64,000 nucleotides of DNA from Patescibacteria group bacterium (GTDB lineage: Bacteria; Patescibacteriota; Minisyncoccia; Minisyncoccales; Staskawiczbacteraceae): the NCBI GenBank assembly GCA_018829965.1, contig JAHJTG010000016.1, positions 157,537-221,536 on the forward strand. Direction: 5' to 3'. This document shows positions 9,410 through 18,662 of the stretch, piece by piece. Within the stretch, counting starts at the first letter, position 1. Each line of letters starts with the position of its first letter. A program made the position numbers and the translations under genes. Below the pieces are notes generated by a model, which was not told the origin of the DNA, did no database searches, and worked only from the letters and a program-made list of their open reading frames with translations.

Positions 9410-10471
9410 TTAAAATTTAGATAAAACTTCTTTAATTTTGCCGAAAACTCGGTCGGGAGTTATCTTTTCTAAACAACTATGGACCCTTTCCCTATCATAA
9501 TTTTTATACGTATCAAGATTATAAGAATGCTCACAATTTTCTTTTAATATATATACATCTTCTCTATCAATCGGTGCTCCTCTTTTGGGGTCGGTGGGAC
9601 CGAATATTGAAACTAAATTAGTTTTTGTGGTTGAGGCAAGGTGATTGAGTCCGCTATCTGAAGAAACGAAAACTTTACATTTATTCATTAAAACAGCTAC
9701 TTGTTTTAATGAATATCCAGATATTACCATAGCATTCTTGTCTAACTCATTTTTTATTCCCAAACAGAGCTCTTCTTCTCCTCTCCCACCAAAAATCAAA
9801 ATAACTGCATTTGGAAAATTATATAATATCTTACGGCTTAATTCAATAAAATATTTTTGAGGCCATCTTTTGAATTTTTGATTCTCGCCGGAACCGGGAT
9901 GAAAACCAATTAAAATCTTATTGTTAAGACTATTTTTTATTAAAAAATTATCGGCAAATTCTTCATCTTTTGAGCTAACTTCTATAAACGGGGCAGGTAA
10001 AGGATAATCGATTCTCAAGCCAATAGCCCTTAATAGATCCATATCGCTTTCTGTCCTTTTTATATCTTGGCGCAAAAGAGAAGTGTGGGTATAGAACAAA
10101 CCGTTCTTACTTTTATTCTTTCTTTCTTCTCCCACCCTTACTTTCGCTCCGATAAAAAAACTTAAGATTTTTCCCTTTAATGGATGGAGGTCAGTTGGAG
10201 TAGTACTTAAATCATACTTTTCTTTTCTCAACCTATAAAGGAATTTTAATTTATTGAAAAAGCTATTCTTTGTCCAAGCAAACTCGAAAATTCTGTTGAC
10301 GGTTTCCCCTTCTTGCAGAACATGTCTTGACTCTGGTGTATATAAGACAAAAACATCTACCGTCGCCTTAGGGAAATTATTTCTTAAAATCCTTAAAACA
10401 GGGGTGAAGGCTATTAAATCCCCTATTCCAGCGGTATGAATTATTAAAATTTTCTTAAAGTTATAAACCAT
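9410..10471 (-). CDS. Glycosyltransferase family 9 (heptosyltransferase-like)
   Basis: ILIIHTAGIGDLIAFTPVLRILR and SSDSGLNHLAS are GT9 signatures. I placed the start at the internal Met (MVYNFKKIL, 10471). The track start at 10540 would overlap the upstream gene by 64 nt. Confidence 0.8.
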   Translation of the reverse strand: MVYNFKKILIIHTAGIGDLIAFTPVLRILRNNFPKATVDVFVLYTPESRHVLQEGETVNRIFEFAWTKNSFFNKLKFLYRLRKEKYDLSTTPTDLHPLKGKILSFFIGAKVRVGEERKNKSKNGLFYTHTSLLRQDIKRTESDMDLLRAIGLRIDYPLPAPFIEVSSKDEEFADNFLIKNSLNNKILIGFHPGSGENQKFKRWPQKYFIELSRKILYNFPNAVILIFGGRGEEELCLGIKNELDKNAMVISGYSLKQVAVLMNKCKVFVSSDSGLNHLASTTKTNLVSIFGPTDPKRGAPIDREDVYILKENCEHSYNLDTYKNYDRERVHSCLEKITPDRVFGKIKEVLSKF

Positions 10472-10476
10472 GGTTT

Positions 10477-11937
10477 TTAATATTCTCCATATCTTTCTCT
10501 CAAACTCCTTAAAAGAGGGAGGCGCAGAAGTTTTTTCCAAAAAATAGCCGAATAGGGTTTTGACATAAAATATGCCCTGAGAACCCGACCTAATATTTTA
10601 TGCATTGGCTTAAGGCCGTTGTAAACATAATAGTCGAACCAAATATAGTTTCTTTGTATTTGTTTTTTATTAAATCCTGGAAGATCTAAAGTAGCTTTCA
10701 TTCTTTCTATCTCTTCACCAGAAGATTCCTTTAACAAGCCTTTTTCTTTGCATAAAAAATATAAATCAGTCCCAGGATACGGGAAAAAAATGCCGGTAAG
10801 GTGCCAATCGGGCAGACATGTCCTGTTAATTTCCACTGTTTCTTTGAAATCAGCTACAGTTTCGCCTGGAAGTCCCACCATATTATAAAAAGCGACTTTC
10901 AAGCTATGCTTTCTCGCCAAGCTAACAGTATTAACAACATCTTTGTTTGAATAATTTCGTTTAAGTATTTCGCGACGAACTCTTTCACTCCCTGATTCTA
11001 ATCCAATATTGATAAACCTAAAATTAGCTTTTTTACAGGCGACAAGAAGATCTTCAAAATCTGCATTAGGCATAATTCTTAAATTCACTCCGAACGAAAG
11101 AAGTTGATTAACAGTTTTGTTAAAGCTCTCTAATTTTGAACATAATTCTATGGCCCATTTTTTATCTACCCCAAAACTTTCAACTTCTAAATATATCTCC
11201 CTTTTTTGCATTGGAAACCTAGCAATAATGTCTTTTATTTCTTCTATGATATTATCTGGCGATCTAAATCTGACATAAGAACCAGAAGCCAATTTTTTAA
11301 GAGCGTGATTGGAACAATAAGTACATTGAAACGGACAACCACGACCCAGTAAAACCGAATATCTTGCTCCTGGACGTTCTTTTGTCCACTCTTGCCACAT
11401 CTCTCTATCAGGAAAGGGCAAGCTGTCGAGATCTTGTAAAAACGGGCGCGGTAAGTTTTTTTCGATTTCAGAGCCACGCTTAATCCAAAGATTGGGAATA
11501 GTAGATGGCAAAACACCTTTTTCTAATTGAGAAACTAATTCCAGCGCAGGATTCTCGCCTTCACCAACACATAAAGCATCAAAGCCGTCTGATAGAATGC
11601 CGTTTGGATTTAAAGAAACGTACGGTCCGCCAACTAATAGATAAATATTCGGCCATTTTTCTTTTATATATTTTGCTATATTCGCAATAAATTGATATTC
11701 AGTGCTTACAGCGGTAAAGCAAATTAATTCAGGCGAAAATTTCTTTAAATATTCATCTAAAATATGCCTATTGTTTTTCGGCGAAGTCCTAGACAAAACA
11801 ATCATTCTTGTCTGGTGACCGTGCTTTTTTAAAAATGAGGAGATGTAAGATATCCCGAATTGTATTTGTTCTGGCGATTCTAACGGTTTAGCCAATGAGC
11901 CAACAATATTCAATGAATAAATAAAAAGAATTTTCAT
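10477..11937 (-). CDS. B12-binding-domain radical SAM enzyme (class B, putative methyltransferase)
   Basis: 486 aa. An N-terminal Rossmann-like B12-binding-type region (LICFTAVSTEY...LLVGGPYVS) is followed by GRGCPFQCTYCSN (CxxxCxxC) near residue 200. Confidence 0.8.
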   Translation of the reverse strand: MKILFIYSLNIVGSLAKPLESPEQIQFGISYISSFLKKHGHQTRMIVLSRTSPKNNRHILDEYLKKFSPELICFTAVSTEYQFIANIAKYIKEKWPNIYLLVGGPYVSLNPNGILSDGFDALCVGEGENPALELVSQLEKGVLPSTIPNLWIKRGSEIEKNLPRPFLQDLDSLPFPDREMWQEWTKERPGARYSVLLGRGCPFQCTYCSNHALKKLASGSYVRFRSPDNIIEEIKDIIARFPMQKREIYLEVESFGVDKKWAIELCSKLESFNKTVNQLLSFGVNLRIMPNADFEDLLVACKKANFRFINIGLESGSERVRREILKRNYSNKDVVNTVSLARKHSLKVAFYNMVGLPGETVADFKETVEINRTCLPDWHLTGIFFPYPGTDLYFLCKEKGLLKESSGEEIERMKATLDLPGFNKKQIQRNYIWFDYYVYNGLKPMHKILGRVLRAYFMSKPYSAIFWKKLLRLPLLRSLRERYGEY

Positions 11938-12007
11938 ATTTACCTCGACGGCGAGAATACCCCGTTCTTTAGATCGGAGGTGAAAAACGTGATTACGCCG
12001 ATAACAA

Positions 12008-13975
12008 CTATAATGCTTTTATTCTATTTTTAAGTATATCCATGCCCCCTAATTCTAAAAACCTGACAATATTTCTCAAGGATAAATCTTTCTTACCGTC
12101 TGGAGTTAAATGATATTCGGCGAAGGAAACAAATTCTTTAGGACGATAAATTTCTAATTCAATAACGTTCTTATTGGCAAATTTTTGATCACTGGTCACT
12201 ATAGAAACAACTTCACCCGGATATTTCACTGTTATCCGCTTCTCACCTTCTAAAAAATCTTTGCACAATAAAAGATTTGAAAGCTCAATCACATTACTCA
12301 TAACAGCCTGATTGAAAATATTCTTTGATTTGAGTTTTTCAGTTACAATTGTTTCCATTTCTTTTTGCAGAGCTTTAAGAATTTCCGGATCCTGATACAC
12401 CAAGGCGATGTAAAAAAAATTCAATTTCATAAAACCATTAACCAGCTTATTATAATTTTCAGGCTGTTCATAAAAAGAGATCATCTCTTCCTTGGTTTCA
12501 AACCATTCTTCCTTAGATTCTTTTTTTATACGGTCAAAAAGATTTCTCAGCATGGGATTTTTTGTCTGAGAAAGCTCACCTACAACCATTTCGGGATTAA
12601 TTCCTTGTTTTTTAGCTAATAATAAGATGGGTTTGAATATACCGGTGTTCCAGATAAAAAATATAAGCCAGTGTTGAACTTTAAAGTTATTCATTTCTTC
12701 CTCTGACATATCTTTCGTTGCCCTGACAGATTCTTCTGTCTCAAACACTATCTTGTTGTCGTATTTTCCATAGGCGCCGAAAATTGGCCTGTATTTTGTC
12801 TTAACCTCATATTTTTGGCGATATTCATCGCTTTCATATTTCGTGCCGTGTAAAAGCCTGATGTTAAACGGGCCGACATAATCAAATCCCATATCAAAAG
12901 CAGTTGAAAGAGTATTGTAATGACTCTCCGGAGTCTCACCAGGCAAACCTATAAGAATATCTGTCCCTACGTCGATATTTTTATTATGGTAATAATCGAG
13001 TTGTTCTTTTATGCTACTTATTTTTATAGCGCCCCGACCAATATTATCAAGAACTTTCGGGTCTGCTGATTGCAAGGCAATTAATCCTCTATTATTTCTT
13101 CCTAAAAGCTCGGATATTTCTATATTCCGTTTTGATGTATTTTTTGATTGCCAAACGGTTACATTTGTAGGATATCCTTTTTTATCCATGATATTACGTA
13201 CCTTTTTTGCAATTTCCAAGTCTCTCGGCAAGATTCCAAAATTACTATCGCAAAATATCCAAGTAAGCTGGCCTGCTGATTTTTCAGCTATATAATCAAT
13301 TTCTTCTAATACTTGATTAAGCGGTCTTACTCTTATCCTTGGAAGCATTGCTCCCCAAGCGCAATAGACGCACCGGTAAGGACATCCCCTATTGGTTTCC
13401 AGAAGAGGAATCATATTGGGGTCAGTTAAAAACTGATCCAGCCATCCTGTGAGATAAGGACTTGGCTGGTTTATCTCCAAACTTCTTTCGCGCAACGGCT
13501 CTGGGGTATAAAAAAACTCCCCATTGATAATAGTAGCACAGCCCATGGGGTGCGGTTTAACAGACCCTTTTAAAACTTCTCCCACAATTCTTGCAAATGG
13601 TTCTTCGCCTTCATATATGATGTAATAATCAAGATTTTTGTGTTCAGTGAGGAACTTTTTAATATCAGCGGGCTCCATTCTAATATTTGGTCCTCCCATT
13701 ACTGTCAACGTCTTTGGGCTTAGGCGCTTAACCATGTCTAAAAAAAGAAAGCCGAGCCTCGCATTCCAGCTGTAATGACTTAAAGCTAAAATATCAGGAG
13801 GATTTTCAAGAAGAGCTTTTTCAAGAATATCCGGATATTTAAAAAGTTTGATATTAACTTCTTGTCCGAATTTTTTTTTAATAAATGCTGCCATATACCC
13901 TATATTTAAGGGCGTGACATAATTTGTTTTAATAGTGTTATACACTAAATCGGCAAGATATATATTTAGGGCCAT
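12008..13975 (-). CDS. B12-binding-domain radical SAM enzyme (class B) with long C-terminal extension
   Basis: 655 aa. PDILALSHYSWN...TVMGGPNI is followed by NRGCPYRCVYCAWG (CxxxCxxC) near residue 198. Confidence 0.8.
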   Translation of the reverse strand: MALNIYLADLVYNTIKTNYVTPLNIGYMAAFIKKKFGQEVNIKLFKYPDILEKALLENPPDILALSHYSWNARLGFLFLDMVKRLSPKTLTVMGGPNIRMEPADIKKFLTEHKNLDYYIIYEGEEPFARIVGEVLKGSVKPHPMGCATIINGEFFYTPEPLRERSLEINQPSPYLTGWLDQFLTDPNMIPLLETNRGCPYRCVYCAWGAMLPRIRVRPLNQVLEEIDYIAEKSAGQLTWIFCDSNFGILPRDLEIAKKVRNIMDKKGYPTNVTVWQSKNTSKRNIEISELLGRNNRGLIALQSADPKVLDNIGRGAIKISSIKEQLDYYHNKNIDVGTDILIGLPGETPESHYNTLSTAFDMGFDYVGPFNIRLLHGTKYESDEYRQKYEVKTKYRPIFGAYGKYDNKIVFETEESVRATKDMSEEEMNNFKVQHWLIFFIWNTGIFKPILLLAKKQGINPEMVVGELSQTKNPMLRNLFDRIKKESKEEWFETKEEMISFYEQPENYNKLVNGFMKLNFFYIALVYQDPEILKALQKEMETIVTEKLKSKNIFNQAVMSNVIELSNLLLCKDFLEGEKRITVKYPGEVVSIVTSDQKFANKNVIELEIYRPKEFVSFAEYHLTPDGKKDLSLRNIVRFLELGGMDILKNRIKAL

Positions 13976-14095
13976 ATATTTTTATTATCTTTTTATCCTA
14001 CCAAGAAATTACTCTCACTACAAGGTAATAATTTTTAGATATTTTCGTAATTCTCTTGCTAGCTGAAAAGATATTCCATGATTACCGTGATATAT

Positions 14096-14530
14096 TTATA
14101 GACCGATCTCGCGGAACAAAAAAGCTAAAAATGAAGGTAATCGAAGAAAAATAGTATAAACAACTATACTTACTATCGTACTAATAATCACGGTTTCGAT
14201 ATTTTTACGAAAATAGATTATGATTTTTTTATACCAGGGTTCAAACAATTCATATCCCTTTGGTTCGAGAGAGTAAAATGTGCTTATTCTCCCTCCAGCT
14301 AATCGTCCACTTTTTTTTTGGATTAAATGATCGCTAACGAGTAAATCGAGAATGTGCATTACTTTACTAGAAAAAATGTCTAAATGATCTTCTATTTCTT
14401 CCTCGTAACTAAATCTATTTTTTAACTCTTTTTTCAACTTATTAAATTCGAGGGCATATCTTTTATCATATAAAGCTTGTAATATGTCTTTTTTTAATTT
14501 TTTATTATCTTTCATATTATTTTTTATCAA
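14096..14530 (-). CDS. Small winged-helix-like protein with C-terminal transmembrane anchor (hypothetical)
   Basis: 144 aa. ILDLLVSDHLIQKKSGRLAGGRISTFYSLEPKGYELF resembles a wHTH recognition helix plus wing. The C-terminal ETVIISTIVSIVVYTIFLRLPSFLAFLF is hydrophobic. Confidence 0.45.
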   Translation of the reverse strand: MIKNNMKDNKKLKKDILQALYDKRYALEFNKLKKELKNRFSYEEEIEDHLDIFSSKVMHILDLLVSDHLIQKKSGRLAGGRISTFYSLEPKGYELFEPWYKKIIIYFRKNIETVIISTIVSIVVYTIFLRLPSFLAFLFREIGL

Positions 14531-15968
14531 TTTTTATTGATTTTTTAAAATTTTGGAAATATTCGTAATTTTTCTTCATAATTTCCGCTTTTTTCTGCCA
14601 ATGGCTAATAAGCATATTTTCATTACTCTCAAACCATCGAGGAAAATCATTGCACTCAATAGTAGTTCTATAAGGATAATCCCCGCACAGCAGATTTATC
14701 ATAGTTTCCTGGTCTGCCATTTCTTTGTTTTTAATTATTATTTCAAAACAACCGAAGGGAATCGCTTCTTCTATCACACTTGATGTAACGCTAACAAGAC
14801 AAACAGCGCGAGACAACATTTCCCAAAGAGAAACTTCGTGATTTTCAAATACTTTAACCTTAGCCAACTCCAAATCTTTGTATATATTTTTTTCCGAAGG
14901 ATGGAGAACCAAAGAAATATTCCAATCTTTAAATTTTTCTTTGTTTTTTTCTATTCCAAGAATAAAGTTTTTAATTGTTCCCTGAATGGTCCCTCCGAAT
15001 CCTCCTATTATTACCATTTCTTTTAATCCTGCTTTTTTATCGAAAAAGTTTTTTTGAATATTTTTAAGAAAATAAAAATAAACTTTGGGATTGGACTTCA
15101 CTTTTACGTTTTGGGATGAATATCCGTTATTAATAAGTATCTTACGTATTTCTTCCGAGAAAACAATTATTTTTTTGTTCTTCACATATTCTCTTATCGA
15201 GGATATATTAGGAAAAACATATTGAGGAGCAACGTCGTCAATCCGACCGTGCTGTATTTCTGTTACATCTGGAAATTTATCGAGCGCTCCCATACAACCA
15301 TAGATAAGTTTTGCCTTTGGATTAAGCAATTTGATTATTTTCAAAAAAATTCCGTAATAATTAATGCCATACGCCTGAAGAGCAGTGAATTTTACAACTT
15401 TTTTAATGTCTTTTTCTTGTAAAAGTCCTGATTTTTTAAGTTTGGGATAAAATTCTTTATTTATTTTCGGATAAAAGAATAAACGAAGAAAAGATAGAAC
15501 TCCTTTAACGGCAACGATAAAATCCATTGGCAAATATCTCTCATAGCATGTTTTTTTATACTTTGTCTTCATAAAGGCCGGGAATTCAAAGATGAGTGGC
15601 TTTTTACCCGGATTGTCTTCTAGGGCCAGCTCTACATACTGGTTATAGAAATTATTCTCTTGACTGTTCCATTGAAGATGCCTCTCGTTGGCAAAAATTA
15701 TAATGTCGTTTCCAAATATTTTATTTAAACTAAAAAGGAAACGAATAAATCTCTTGAATAGATTAATTGGCCTTATTTTGAAAAAAGCGGACGTCGGCTC
15801 TGAAAATGAAGCCAGTCCGCTGGCAAGATAATAGGTTTTTTCCCGCAGATAAGACCATAATGGTATTTTATTATAAGAAACATTATAGAAATCAAATTTC
15901 TTTTCCGCCTCCCACAGCGCTTCAACTGTTTCCTTCATTTTTACTTTTTTTGATGTTTGGATAGGCAT
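14517..15968 (-). CDS. Hypothetical protein, possibly GT-B-fold polymer-forming transferase (TagF-, capsule- or sialyltransferase-like)
   Basis: 483 aa. The only family cues are EIQHG (compare the WHG motif of the TagF family) and LVLHPSEKN (an HP motif found in TagF/Capsule_synth/sialyltransferases). The assignment is weak. Confidence 0.35.
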   Translation of the reverse strand: MPIQTSKKVKMKETVEALWEAEKKFDFYNVSYNKIPLWSYLREKTYYLASGLASFSEPTSAFFKIRPINLFKRFIRFLFSLNKIFGNDIIIFANERHLQWNSQENNFYNQYVELALEDNPGKKPLIFEFPAFMKTKYKKTCYERYLPMDFIVAVKGVLSFLRLFFYPKINKEFYPKLKKSGLLQEKDIKKVVKFTALQAYGINYYGIFLKIIKLLNPKAKLIYGCMGALDKFPDVTEIQHGRIDDVAPQYVFPNISSIREYVKNKKIIVFSEEIRKILINNGYSSQNVKVKSNPKVYFYFLKNIQKNFFDKKAGLKEMVIIGGFGGTIQGTIKNFILGIEKNKEKFKDWNISLVLHPSEKNIYKDLELAKVKVFENHEVSLWEMLSRAVCLVSVTSSVIEEAIPFGCFEIIIKNKEMADQETMINLLCGDYPYRTTIECNDFPRWFESNENMLISHWQKKAEIMKKNYEYFQNFKKSIKIDKK

Positions 15969-15970
15969 AT

Positions 15971-16789
15971 TTAAAAAATTCCTCTTCTTAAAAAATATTT
16001 ATTGATAAAAATTTTTAAAAAAGGCGGACAGGCTAAAGAAAGGTAATCTCTTAAGAGATAGACATAGCAAATTATTGGATAATCTTTGCTTTTTATCACT
16101 CTTTTTTTAAGCAAAATTGCTTGTTTTATCTGTTCCTTGTTCCTTTTAGAGGATATCATTTCCGGCTGATATTTTTTTTTCACTAAAAATAGTGGTAAGT
16201 TTTCTCCTTTGGCAACTTTTAAGATTCTAAACCATAATTCATAATCCTGGATAACTTTAAAATCTTCATTATACTTCCCTACTTTGTTTATGATTTCTTT
16301 CCTTATCATAACCGAAGTATGAATAAAAGGATTTCTTCTAATAAGGACATTCTTTATATCTTGATGAGAGACGGGCAAAGTTTCTTCCCTTAAAATTTTC
16401 CCTTCTTGGTTTATCGCATAACCGAATGTTCCTAAAACCTTAATTTCGAGATGATCTTCCAAAAAAACAACCTGCTTTTCCAATCTTTGAGGCAAAGAAA
16501 TGTCGTCAGCATCCTGGCGGGCAATATATTTACCTTGTACCACATCTATCGCCTTATTAAGAGATTTTGTTAAGCCGATATTAGAGGGGTTGCTAATTAT
16601 TTTAATCCGGCTGTCTTTCTTTTCCCAATTGGTTAAAATTTCTTCAGTTTTATCCGTAGAGCCATCATTAACAATAATAAATTCAAAATTCTTGAAGGTC
16701 TGCTCTAAAATATTTTTAATCGCCTCTCCAACATATTGCTGGCCGTTAAAAACCGCCATTATTACTGAAACTTTTGGATTAATATTCAT
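15971..16789 (-). CDS. Glycosyltransferase family 2
   Basis: VSVIMAVFNGQQYVGEAIKNILEQTFKNFEFIIVNDGSTDKT and ARQDADDIS (DxD). Confidence 0.85.
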   Translation of the reverse strand: MNINPKVSVIMAVFNGQQYVGEAIKNILEQTFKNFEFIIVNDGSTDKTEEILTNWEKKDSRIKIISNPSNIGLTKSLNKAIDVVQGKYIARQDADDISLPQRLEKQVVFLEDHLEIKVLGTFGYAINQEGKILREETLPVSHQDIKNVLIRRNPFIHTSVMIRKEIINKVGKYNEDFKVIQDYELWFRILKVAKGENLPLFLVKKKYQPEMISSKRNKEQIKQAILLKKRVIKSKDYPIICYVYLLRDYLSLACPPFLKIFINKYFLRRGIF

Positions 16790-18657
16790 AATATTTCTAT
16801 TTTTTTAAGCCAAAACTCAAACATAATTAATTTATCAATTAAATATATCTCCCAGTTTTTTAATCTTTTTGGGTCTTTTTCTAAAATTTTAGAAACAAAC
16901 TCTTCATTTAAGAAATCCTTCCACAAACATTTTTCGCCATTAAGTAATATCTTTTTTACTAATTCTGAATTATCAACTAAAACCTGCCTCCCATTAACTG
17001 CCTTCATATTTATCGGTTTTATTATTTCTTTTCGGAATATTTTAAAAAGAATTGAAGAAACATAATTTTTTGTCTTAAGCAAGTTAACCCAAATCTTCGT
17101 AAAAATACTTTCATTTCCAAAAAGTTCTAAAGTGTTTCTAGGAACAGATGAAGCTATTGGCAATTTCTCCTTGATATATTTTTTAATTATTGATTCGTTG
17201 AACCTATAAGATAGTGGTAATTTATATATAAAATCCTGGAAATCATAATCGAGATAAGGCGAATGTATTTGTACGTAATCCTTAGCAGCTAAGCTTGTAA
17301 TACCACAATGGCGTCTTTCAAAATCTAGGACACTTATAACGTCGAAGGTATTAACAAATGAAGGCTGTTCGTATTTTTTTACTAAATTTAAAAAAGTTTC
17401 TTTTGATAAATCAATATAGGGATGTAATTTCTCTTTGAAAAATTGTTTTTGGATCTTATGCGGGATTATCCTATTCCATTTATTAAATAAAATTTCAGAA
17501 AAAGTTGTAATATCTATAGCATTTTTAAATTCTTCCTCAATATCTTTTCCAAAACTGCAATCGCCAAATTCCCCCGAGAAAACATCTTTAATTCCTTTCC
17601 TTCGAACTTCTTCATAAAAGGGGACGAATCGAAAATCAAAACCGCTATATTCTGGTCCTATACTCGCTAAACCCTTCTCCAAGCAGGACTTGTAACCTAT
17701 ACGGATAAATTCATGAACTATACCATACAAATTAGCTAACCGCTTGCTAAATAAAGAATCTAGATTATCTTCACTCATTCCATAATTAAATGAACGTAAA
17801 ACAAACTTATTTTCTCCTTTTAACTTTTCGAGGATATCTAAAATTATTCGGGAGTCTAGCCCTCCACTCAAACCTATACCAATATCTTTTTGGTTTCTTG
17901 AGATTTTCCTCTCGACTGCTTTTTTAATCTTTTCATCCAACCCTTCAATAGCCTCTTTTTCTGTCATATCTCTCTTTTCTTTGAATTGAGGTTGCCAATA
18001 ATTTGTTAAGCTGATTTCATCATCTGAGTATTTTAATATCGACGCCGGAGAAAACAAAGAAATCTCTTTAATCATTGTTTTCGCACCAAATAAATGTTGG
18101 AAGGTGAAATGCTCTATTATTGCCTCTTCATTAACTGTATTTTTTAGGTTTTCAATTTTTTGCTTAATCTCAATTAATCCTTTCAACTCTGATGAAAATA
18201 TAATTCCGTCTGAAATTTTCCTATAATAAATGGGCCTTAAACCATATCTATCATTTCCTATAATAAGACTGTTCCTCTCTTTATCGTAAATAAAAAATGA
18301 AAATAATCCGTTTATAGACGGTATGAAAGATTCGAGCTTGCCTAGCTTATAGGCTTCTATGATTTTTTTAGAAAGTATATCACTTGAATCATTAATATTT
18401 ATTTCAATCTGAGTCCCTGTTTCAAAATCCCTATACCCTACGGCTTGTCCATAGAAACTTACAATTATGCCTTTATCAATTAATAAAGGATAAAAAATTT
18501 CCTCTAGATCCACTTTTCCGAAGCCGTAGTTTTCATAATAATCAATAGAAGATTTCTGCCAATCTTTGTGAACCAAAGAGGCGCTCAAAAACTCTGTTAG
18601 TTCCCTTATTTTCTCCTTATTTGTATTAAATTTTATAATTCCTGTTATCCCTGGCAT
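16786..18657 (-). CDS. Asparagine synthetase B-like amidotransferase (PP-loop) lacking the N-terminal Cys nucleophile
   Basis: 623 aa. IGLSGGLDSRIIL is the SGGLDS PP-loop. The N-terminus is MPGITGI instead of the canonical MCGI. Confidence 0.75.
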   Translation of the reverse strand: MPGITGIIKFNTNKEKIRELTEFLSASLVHKDWQKSSIDYYENYGFGKVDLEEIFYPLLIDKGIIVSFYGQAVGYRDFETGTQIEININDSSDILSKKIIEAYKLGKLESFIPSINGLFSFFIYDKERNSLIIGNDRYGLRPIYYRKISDGIIFSSELKGLIEIKQKIENLKNTVNEEAIIEHFTFQHLFGAKTMIKEISLFSPASILKYSDDEISLTNYWQPQFKEKRDMTEKEAIEGLDEKIKKAVERKISRNQKDIGIGLSGGLDSRIILDILEKLKGENKFVLRSFNYGMSEDNLDSLFSKRLANLYGIVHEFIRIGYKSCLEKGLASIGPEYSGFDFRFVPFYEEVRRKGIKDVFSGEFGDCSFGKDIEEEFKNAIDITTFSEILFNKWNRIIPHKIQKQFFKEKLHPYIDLSKETFLNLVKKYEQPSFVNTFDVISVLDFERRHCGITSLAAKDYVQIHSPYLDYDFQDFIYKLPLSYRFNESIIKKYIKEKLPIASSVPRNTLELFGNESIFTKIWVNLLKTKNYVSSILFKIFRKEIIKPINMKAVNGRQVLVDNSELVKKILLNGEKCLWKDFLNEEFVSKILEKDPKRLKNWEIYLIDKLIMFEFWLKKIEIL

Positions 18658-18662
18658 ATTTT

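Noticed and set aside
13976-14095. Fifth copy of the conserved leader, or a promoter, in the 120-nt gap upstream of the 655-aa radical SAM gene
   Set aside because: None of the conserved blocks (TATATAAT...GGTCGG...CCTCCCTCG...ATAATT-ATG) is present. Only a weak TTGTAG-17 nt-TAGGAT promoter-like match and short AT-rich stems occur, which is not enough to call a feature.
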